A DNA stretch of 63,643 nt, the filler included. It is 5 parts of 5 records of this genome, joined end to end, with 100 filler letters (N's around TTAATTAATTAA, not from the genome) between each part and the next. Parts side by side here need not be neighbours in the genome. Positions count along the whole stretch, not along the records: positions 57,377 to 63,643 come from DRR723986_10826; 4 more parts are not named here. One strand, written 5' to 3'. The position numbers and the translations under genes were made by a program. The number at the start of each line of letters is the position of its first letter. The first letter of the stretch is position 1. This document shows positions 57,716 to 63,643 of the stretch, piece by piece. The notes beneath the pieces were generated by a model. The model worked only from the letters and a program-made list of their open reading frames with translations. It was not told where the DNA came from and searched no databases.

Positions 57716-57999
57716 CGGTGCGCTCCCTTTGGCCGCGTAGTTGTTCAAGTGTCAGACGCTAAGGCTCAGACACAGGGAAAGTCAAACCCATAGATATTTT
57801 CCCCACGGCAAGGCTTGCAATTTTCTGAAACTCTGTTTCGATGCGTGGCGTAACCGTTCTCGGGGGGAGAGCGTCATTCACGTAACGTCAACGCGTTACA
57901 TGTTTGGTTTCAAAGCTTTACCCCCTAGACGGCACACGCTTAATCCGCGGCTATTGCGGAGATAATCGAGGCACAAATGTGTCCAACAAGGAGTGTAGA

Positions 58000-59703
58000 A
58001 TGAAACTCAGAGCCTTATTGATGGGTGCGATCGCAAGCACGGCAATGGCCCCGATGGCCATGGCCGAGCGCGGATCGGACGGCAATGTCAGCATTATTTA
58101 TTGGCAGGCGCCCTCGATCATGAACCCGTTCCTGTCGGGCGGTACCAAAGATGTGGAAGCCGCATCGCTGGTGATCGAACCCCTGGCCCGCTATGACGAA
58201 AACGGCACCATGGTTCCGTTTCTGGCATCAGAAATCCCCACCGTTGAAAACGGCGGCGTAAGCGAAGACCTGACCTCGATCACCTGGAAAATTGCACCGG
58301 GAATCAAATGGTCGGATGGATCCGCGTTTACTTCAGCTGACGTTAAATTCACCGCTGATTACTGTATGCACCCCGAAGGTGGCTGTGCACAGGTCACCAA
58401 ATTCGAAGGTGTCACATCGGTCGAGGCCGTTGACGATCTGACGGTCAAAGTCACCTTTGGCGGCGCAACGCCTTTCCCTTATGGACCCTTTGTTGGTGGT
58501 GAAAGCCCCATCCTGCAAAAGGCCCAGTTCGAACAGTGCATGGGTGCCAAAGCGCCTGAATGTACCGAGGCGAACTTTAACCCACTGGGTACCGGCCCCT
58601 TTGTTGTCACCGAGTTCAAACCGAACGACGTGATCACCATGAAGGCCAACGACAACTACCGTGATCCTGCAAAGCCTGCCTTTGCAACTCTGACCTTTAA
58701 AGGTGGCGGCGACGCGACATCTGCGGGTCGAGCGGTGATGGAAACCGGTGAATTTGACTACGCGTGGAACCTCCAGCTGGCGCCCGACGTGATTGCCAAG
58801 ATGGAAGAAGGCGGCAAGGGTACACCCGTTGCAGGCTTTGGTCCGTTGGTTGAGCGTATCATGCTAAACAACACCAACCCTGATCCATCCCTCAGCGCAG
58901 AAGAGCGTTCGGTTATCCGTCCGCACCCCTTCCTGAGCGATCCGGCGGTTTACAAAGCCATGTCTCTGGCGATCGACCGTCCGCTTCTGGTAGAAGTTGG
59001 TTATGGCAAAGCCGGTAAAGTTACCTGTAACTGGATCCCTGCCCCTGCCGCGGTAAATTCTACCACTTTTGATTGTTCGACTCAGGACATCGCAGGCGCC
59101 AACAAGCTGCTGGACGACGCAGGTATTGTTGACACCGACGGTGATGGCATCCGCGAAAAAGACGGTGTTCCATTGTCGCTGGTCTATCAGACCTCGACCA
59201 ACGCTGTGCGTCAGGATTTCCAAGCCCTGATCAAACAGATGTGGAGCGAAATCGGCATTCAGTCCGAGCTGCGCAACATCAGCGGCTCTGTCTTCTTTGG
59301 TGGTGATCCCGGCTCGCCTGACACCTTCCAGAAGTTCTATGCTGACGTTGAAATGTACGCCAACACCTTTAACGGCACCGACCCTCAGTCTTACCTGGCC
59401 AACGGTCTATGTGACAAAGCACCTTCGCCTGCGTCGCAGTGGCAGGGTGAGAACATCAGCCGTTTCTGTAACGATGAATTCGACGCACTGCATGCTGAGC
59501 TGACAACAACAGCTGACATCGCCAAGCGTGCTGAAATTAGCAAACGTCTGAACGACATCATCGTTGAAAACGGTGGCATGATCCCACTGGTTCACCGTGG
59601 TCGTCTGTCGGCACACGCCAACACTCTGGGCGGCGTTGTTCTGAACGTTTGGGACAGCGAGCTGTGGAATGCAGCCGATTGGTACCGCAAAGAAGGTTCC
59701 TAA
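58000..59703 (+). CDS. Peptide ABC transporter substrate-binding protein (family 5)
   Basis: AAGGAG RBS; signal peptide; LASEIPTVENGG, KWSDG..FT..DV.FT, GTGPF, DTDGDGIREKDG. Confidence 0.93.
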   Translation: MKLRALLMGAIASTAMAPMAMAERGSDGNVSIIYWQAPSIMNPFLSGGTKDVEAASLVIEPLARYDENGTMVPFLASEIPTVENGGVSEDLTSITWKIAPGIKWSDGSAFTSADVKFTADYCMHPEGGCAQVTKFEGVTSVEAVDDLTVKVTFGGATPFPYGPFVGGESPILQKAQFEQCMGAKAPECTEANFNPLGTGPFVVTEFKPNDVITMKANDNYRDPAKPAFATLTFKGGGDATSAGRAVMETGEFDYAWNLQLAPDVIAKMEEGGKGTPVAGFGPLVERIMLNNTNPDPSLSAEERSVIRPHPFLSDPAVYKAMSLAIDRPLLVEVGYGKAGKVTCNWIPAPAAVNSTTFDCSTQDIAGANKLLDDAGIVDTDGDGIREKDGVPLSLVYQTSTNAVRQDFQALIKQMWSEIGIQSELRNISGSVFFGGDPGSPDTFQKFYADVEMYANTFNGTDPQSYLANGLCDKAPSPASQWQGENISRFCNDEFDALHAELTTTADIAKRAEISKRLNDIIVENGGMIPLVHRGRLSAHANTLGGVVLNVWDSELWNAADWYRKEGS

Positions 59704-59722
59704 GCCTTTAGCCTCTTGCAAA

Positions 59723-59752
59723 GCCGCGCTCCGATCTTTATCGGGGCGCGGC
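59723..59752 (+). other. Intercistronic stem-loop after SBP gene (mRNA stabiliser or attenuator)
   Basis: GCCGCGCTCCGAT-CTTT-ATCGGGGCGCGGC without U tract. Confidence 0.55.
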
Positions 59753-59802
59753 CTCTGGCACTCTGACCCAAGAAAAAGACTCATAAACAAAGGCGCACCT
59801 GA

Positions 59803-60810
59803 ATGCTGACCTTCACTATCCGACGCTTGGTTCTGGCGGTTCCCACGCTTTTGTTCATCAGTCTTGCGATTTTCCTGCTGCTTGAGCTCGCCCCCGGCGA
59901 TCCAATGGCACAGGTTCCCCTGACTGTTCCGCCCGAAGTCAAAGAAAAAATGCGCCTGGCCCTTGGCCTGGGTGAACCCCTCCATGTCCGATATTGGAAA
60001 TGGATCGTACAGTTCTTCTGGATCGAACCGCAGGTCCTGATTGACCACTATTTTGGCACCACCTACGCCGAAGGCAAATTGCGCGTCATCAGCTGGCAGA
60101 CCCGTTCGCCCGTCATGGACATCGTTGTTCAGCGTCTCCCACAAACCATCTGGGTTGTTGGAACGGCCTATATCGTCGGCATCCTGATCGCGATTCCCAT
60201 TGGTATCTATTCTGCGTACAAACAGTATTCGATGTTCGATCAGGCAGGCACGTTCGTGTCGATGATCGGCTTTTCGATCCCACCCTTCTTTACCGGCCCG
60301 CTTTTGATCGTGATCTTTGCGGTTCATTTGGGATGGTTCCCGTCAGTGTATGACACAACGCATGTGGTCAACGACTGGGAAAGCTTCAAACTACAGTTCC
60401 GACAAATGATCTTGCCGGTTATGGTGCTGGCGCTGCAGACCACTGCGCAGATCAGCCGGTATATGCGCGCCTCGATGCTGGACAACCTCAACCAAGATTA
60501 CGTCCGCACCGCCCGCGCCAAGGGCCTGAGCGAATTTGTTGTGGTCATGGTCCACGTCCTGCGCAATTCGATGATCCCAGTGATCACCGTAATTGCATTG
60601 GGGATGCCCGCGATCTTTGGCGGCGCCATCATCACTGAGGTGGTGTTCAAGGTGAACGGCATCGGTCAGCTTTTGATCACAGCTCTGTTCGCCAACGATC
60701 TACCTATGGTGCAGACCCTCACCTTTATCTTTGCGGTACTGATCGTGCTGTTCAACTTGATCGCAGACATTCTCTACGGTGTGCTTGATCCGAGGATCCG
60801 TTATGACTGA
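59803..60810 (+). CDS. Peptide ABC transporter permease (OppB/DppB-like)
   Basis: APGDP, EAA loop DYVRTARAKGL, HVLRNS, DPRIRY. Confidence 0.94.
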   Translation: MLTFTIRRLVLAVPTLLFISLAIFLLLELAPGDPMAQVPLTVPPEVKEKMRLALGLGEPLHVRYWKWIVQFFWIEPQVLIDHYFGTTYAEGKLRVISWQTRSPVMDIVVQRLPQTIWVVGTAYIVGILIAIPIGIYSAYKQYSMFDQAGTFVSMIGFSIPPFFTGPLLIVIFAVHLGWFPSVYDTTHVVNDWESFKLQFRQMILPVMVLALQTTAQISRYMRASMLDNLNQDYVRTARAKGLSEFVVVMVHVLRNSMIPVITVIALGMPAIFGGAIITEVVFKVNGIGQLLITALFANDLPMVQTLTFIFAVLIVLFNLIADILYGVLDPRIRYD

Positions 60811-61753
60811 TATTTCGATAGAACCGCTTCCCTCCAAACCACCGCGCAACAAGTGGCTGGATATCTGGACCCAATTGGGCAAGCACAAAGGCGCGATGCT
60901 GGGCGGTGGGTTCCTGCTGTTCATCACGTTGGGTGTGTTGTTCGGCCCCTATATCTGGACCATTGATCCGCAAAAGATCGACATCCGGAACCGGGACCTG
61001 CGGCCGATTTTTACCGCGCTGTTTGACAGTGACGCCAAAGTACGATGGGCCAACCCGCTTGGCACAGATCAGTTGGGTCGTGATGGCTTAGCCAATCTGA
61101 TGGCCGGTGGCCGTGCCTCTATGGCTGTGGGCTGGACCGCGATGTTGCTGACCCTGGGCATCGGCACAATCATTGGTGTGGTTGCAGGGTATTTCAAACG
61201 ATTGGACGGGCCGCTGATGCGTCTGACCGATCTGTTCTTGTCCCTGCCGATCCTGCCACTGCTTCTGGTGGCTGTGACCCTGTTCCGTGAACCCCTACGT
61301 GCCAGCTTTGGCCCCGAGGGCGGCATGTTCATTCTGATCGTGTCAATTATCGGTATCACCAGCTGGATGCCCACTGCCCGTATCGTTCGGGGCGACGTCT
61401 TGGCCCTGAAAGAGCGTGAGTTTGTGCTGGCTGCACGGTCCATCGGCACCACCCAGTCAAATATGATTAAGCGGCACATCCTGCCCAATGTTATGTCCCC
61501 AATCATGGTGTCTGCCACATTGGGTCTTGCGACCGCGATCATCACCGAAAGCGCCCTGTCGTTCCTTGGTGTTGGATTTCCATCGGATTTCCCAACATGG
61601 GGTAAGATGCTCGCCGATGCTGTTGACCGGATGGAAAACTTTCCCGAGCGCGTGCTCTGGCCCGGTCTGGCGATCTCGCTGACCGTACTTAGCGTGAACT
61701 ATCTTGGCGACGGCTTGCGTGACGCTATGGACCCCCGGATCCGCGGGCGCTGA
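60803..61753 (+). CDS. Peptide ABC transporter permease (OppC/DppC-like)
   Basis: PLGTDQLGRD, REFVLAARSIG, HILPN, ESALSFLG, GDGLRDAMDPR. Confidence 0.94.
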   Translation: MTDISIEPLPSKPPRNKWLDIWTQLGKHKGAMLGGGFLLFITLGVLFGPYIWTIDPQKIDIRNRDLRPIFTALFDSDAKVRWANPLGTDQLGRDGLANLMAGGRASMAVGWTAMLLTLGIGTIIGVVAGYFKRLDGPLMRLTDLFLSLPILPLLLVAVTLFREPLRASFGPEGGMFILIVSIIGITSWMPTARIVRGDVLALKEREFVLAARSIGTTQSNMIKRHILPNVMSPIMVSATLGLATAIITESALSFLGVGFPSDFPTWGKMLADAVDRMENFPERVLWPGLAISLTVLSVNYLGDGLRDAMDPRIRGR

Positions 61754-61775
61754 TTCAAGCAAAAAAGAACAATTT

Positions 61776-61812
61776 CAGACAGCCGCCCCAATCCGGGCGG
61801 TTGTTTGTTTTT
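61776..61812 (+). terminator. Intrinsic terminator of the ABC operon
   Basis: CAGCCGCCC-CAATCC-GGGCGGTTG followed by T tract. Confidence 0.75.
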
Positions 61813-61967
61813 CAACGACACAGCTGCGCAAAACGTTGTCCATGTGATAGAGCCCGCAACGGAATATCCGTCCAGTGCAGAACACTTAAACACATTCATA
61901 TACCCTTGATTGATAAGAAAATCTGAGCCAATTGGGAAAAAATTCCAATTTCCATGCGGAGATCGTC

Positions 61968-63038
61968 ATGTTCGAGTCATTTGGTTTTGAAGATACCACC
62001 GCCAAAGAGGTCAGCGTTCTGTTTGCCCTTGGAATTGGCGTCCTGTTTGGCCTTTTGGCCGAGCGGAGCCGGTTCTGTTTCCGCCGTGCCGTCGTTGGTG
62101 ATGACCGCCGCGCCGCCTCAGGTGTTTGGCTGATCGCACTGGCCGTCGCCCTGATCGGAACGCAAGTCGCCGTCGCGGCCGAGCTCATCTCCTTTGCCGA
62201 TCACCGGTTCATGGCGTCTGAACTGCCGGTCCTTGCCATTTTGGTGGGTGGTGCCCTGTTTGGTGCGGGCATGGTGTTAACGCGTGGATGCGTGTCCCGG
62301 CTGACTGTCCTTAGCGGCTCAGGCAATTTGCGGGCCCTGCTGGTGCTGGTGGTCTTTGCCATTGTCGCCCATGCCATGCTCAAGGGTGTGTTGGCCCCGC
62401 TGCGCGTTGCAGTCGGATCGATCACCGTGGATCTGGGCGATACTACGTCGCTGGCCGCCCTCCCTGGCGGAGCTTGGGTTTGGAGCGGCCTCATTGCTGC
62501 CGCTGCTTTGGGTTTTGCGCTGCGTTCGGGCAACCGACCACTGGCTCTTTTAGGCGGGGTTTTGATCGGTGCGCTTGTGCCGCTGGCTTGGGTTGGCACC
62601 GGGTTCATCCTGCTCGACGAGTTTGATCCCATCGCCATGGAGAGCTTGTCGTTCACCTCCCCTGCTGCAGACAGCTTGTTCTACACCATCGCCGCCAGCT
62701 CGATCCCAGCTGGGTTTGGGCCGGGTCTGATGGGGGGCGTTCTTTTGGGTGCGCTGCTGTCCTCGCTCATGTTCGGTAGCTTTCAATGGCAAAGTTTTGA
62801 AAACCCACGTCAGACCGGGCGTTACTTGACCGGCGCCGCGTTGATGGGTGTTGGCGGCGTTCTGGCCGGTGGCTGTACCGTTGGGGCGGGTTTGTCAGGT
62901 GTTCCCACGCTGAGCTTTGCAGCCCTGCTAGCGCTGGTGTCCATCGCAGCCGGTGCAACCGCCATACAGGCTGTTATTCAAGGCGCTTCCGGATCTGCCG
63001 GATCCCCAGCCACACCAAACCCACAACCGGCAGAGTGA
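61968..63038 (+). CDS. YeeE/YedE-family sulfur-compound (thiosulfate-type) transporter
   Basis: RSRFCFRRA, GMVLTRGCVS, GGVLAGGCTVG: three conserved Cys motifs; multiple TMs; GGAG RBS. Confidence 0.9.
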   Translation: MFESFGFEDTTAKEVSVLFALGIGVLFGLLAERSRFCFRRAVVGDDRRAASGVWLIALAVALIGTQVAVAAELISFADHRFMASELPVLAILVGGALFGAGMVLTRGCVSRLTVLSGSGNLRALLVLVVFAIVAHAMLKGVLAPLRVAVGSITVDLGDTTSLAALPGGAWVWSGLIAAAALGFALRSGNRPLALLGGVLIGALVPLAWVGTGFILLDEFDPIAMESLSFTSPAADSLFYTIAASSIPAGFGPGLMGGVLLGALLSSLMFGSFQWQSFENPRQTGRYLTGAALMGVGGVLAGGCTVGAGLSGVPTLSFAALLALVSIAAGATAIQAVIQGASGSAGSPATPNPQPAE

Positions 63039-63643
63039 CAAGTGCGGTCAGCAAGCCCTTGCTGACCCCCAACGCCGTTAGCGGATAGAGCAAATACCCG
63101 GCCAACGAGACCGCGTAATAGCTGATCGCCACAACAGAGAGCCCCTCGACGGTGTGCTGCATGCGCAAAGCCATATCGGCCCGGCGGTCCATACTTTCCA
63201 GCAGCGCCTGATTTTGGGCGCTGCGTTCCACATCGACCCGTGTCCGCAACAGCTCACCCGCCCGGATCGCCCGATCCGACAGCATCCGCAACCGGGTTTC
63301 GGTCGAGTTCACGGTCCGCATCGCGGGCTCGTACCGGCGCATCATGAAATCGGCAAAGGTTTGTCGCCCCTCAAACCGTTCCTCTCGCAGGGAAAAGATC
63401 CGCTGGTTAACGATAGCCTCATAGGCTCCGGTTGCCCCAAACCGGAACGAGGACCGCGCCGCCATTGTTTCTAGCTCTGTTGACGTCGACAGCAACTGTG
63501 GCAGCATTTCCTCTGCCGGAGCCGGACCATCGGTCATCTCGTTCATCAACTCAGTGACCCGCGCGTCCAATGCACCAAGCTTTGAGTTCAACTGCTTTAC
63601 GCGCGCAAACCCAAGCATCGACATCGCCTTGTAGGTCTCGATC
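62974..63643 (-). CDS. DUF3422-family membrane-anchored protein, 5' truncated
   Basis: IETY..MSMLG, RFGATGAY, FMMRRYEPAMRT, LLRTRVD, QHTVEGLSVVAISYY. Confidence 0.88.
   Translation of the reverse strand, partial: IETYKAMSMLGFARVKQLNSKLGALDARVTELMNEMTDGPAPAEEMLPQLLSTSTELETMAARSSFRFGATGAYEAIVNQRIFSLREERFEGRQTFADFMMRRYEPAMRTVNSTETRLRMLSDRAIRAGELLRTRVDVERSAQNQALLESMDRRADMALRMQHTVEGLSVVAISYYAVSLAGYLLYPLTALGVSKGLLTALVTLPVVGLVWLGIRQIRKRLE

Noticed and set aside
61891-61915. SqrR/BigR-type operator upstream of the YeeE gene
   Set aside because: Only one ACATTCAT half-site; the symmetric GAAT half is missing, so support is too weak.

Overview
The window is not one locus. It is five contigs joined by an artificial 100-nt spacer (44 N + TTAATTAATTAA + 44 N) at 12610-12709, 43633-43732, 51141-51240 and 57277-57376. 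Contig 1 (1-12609, alphaproteobacterial-looking, accessory/catabolic) has an acyl-CoA ligase, a truncated AraC regulator, three exported amidohydrolases, an ActP-like symporter, and an operon coupling a fluoroacetate-dehalogenase-type hydrolase to a divergent LeuC/LeuD pair with no leuB. Contig 2 (12710-43632, Burkholderiales, Limnobacter-like by inference) has tRNA-Val, a 42-aa Lys-rich sORF, thrS-infC-rpmI-rplT-pheST-ihfA-merR-tRNA-Pro, a Pho-box-preceded plcP-agt lipid-remodelling pair, fabI, an AttEFGH-like ABC/lipocalin cassette, an MsbA-like exporter, thyA-folA, yggX, phoU, rpiA, aceE-aceF-lpdA and a divergent FixLJ-like two-component system. Contigs 3-5 (Rhodobacterales-like) are mostly conserved housekeeping neighbourhoods (glyA/NAD kinase/mce/aspS; murA/hisD/tRNA-Thr; peptide ABC transporter/YeeE/DUF3422), with a perfect FNR box and a CtrA-like box. 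No CRISPR array, rRNA, transposase, integrase or phage gene was seen. The best candidate for an undescribed system is the dehalogenase-LeuCD-paralogue-amidohydrolase operon (6807-10965). All family calls are from motif recognition by eye; no searches were run.
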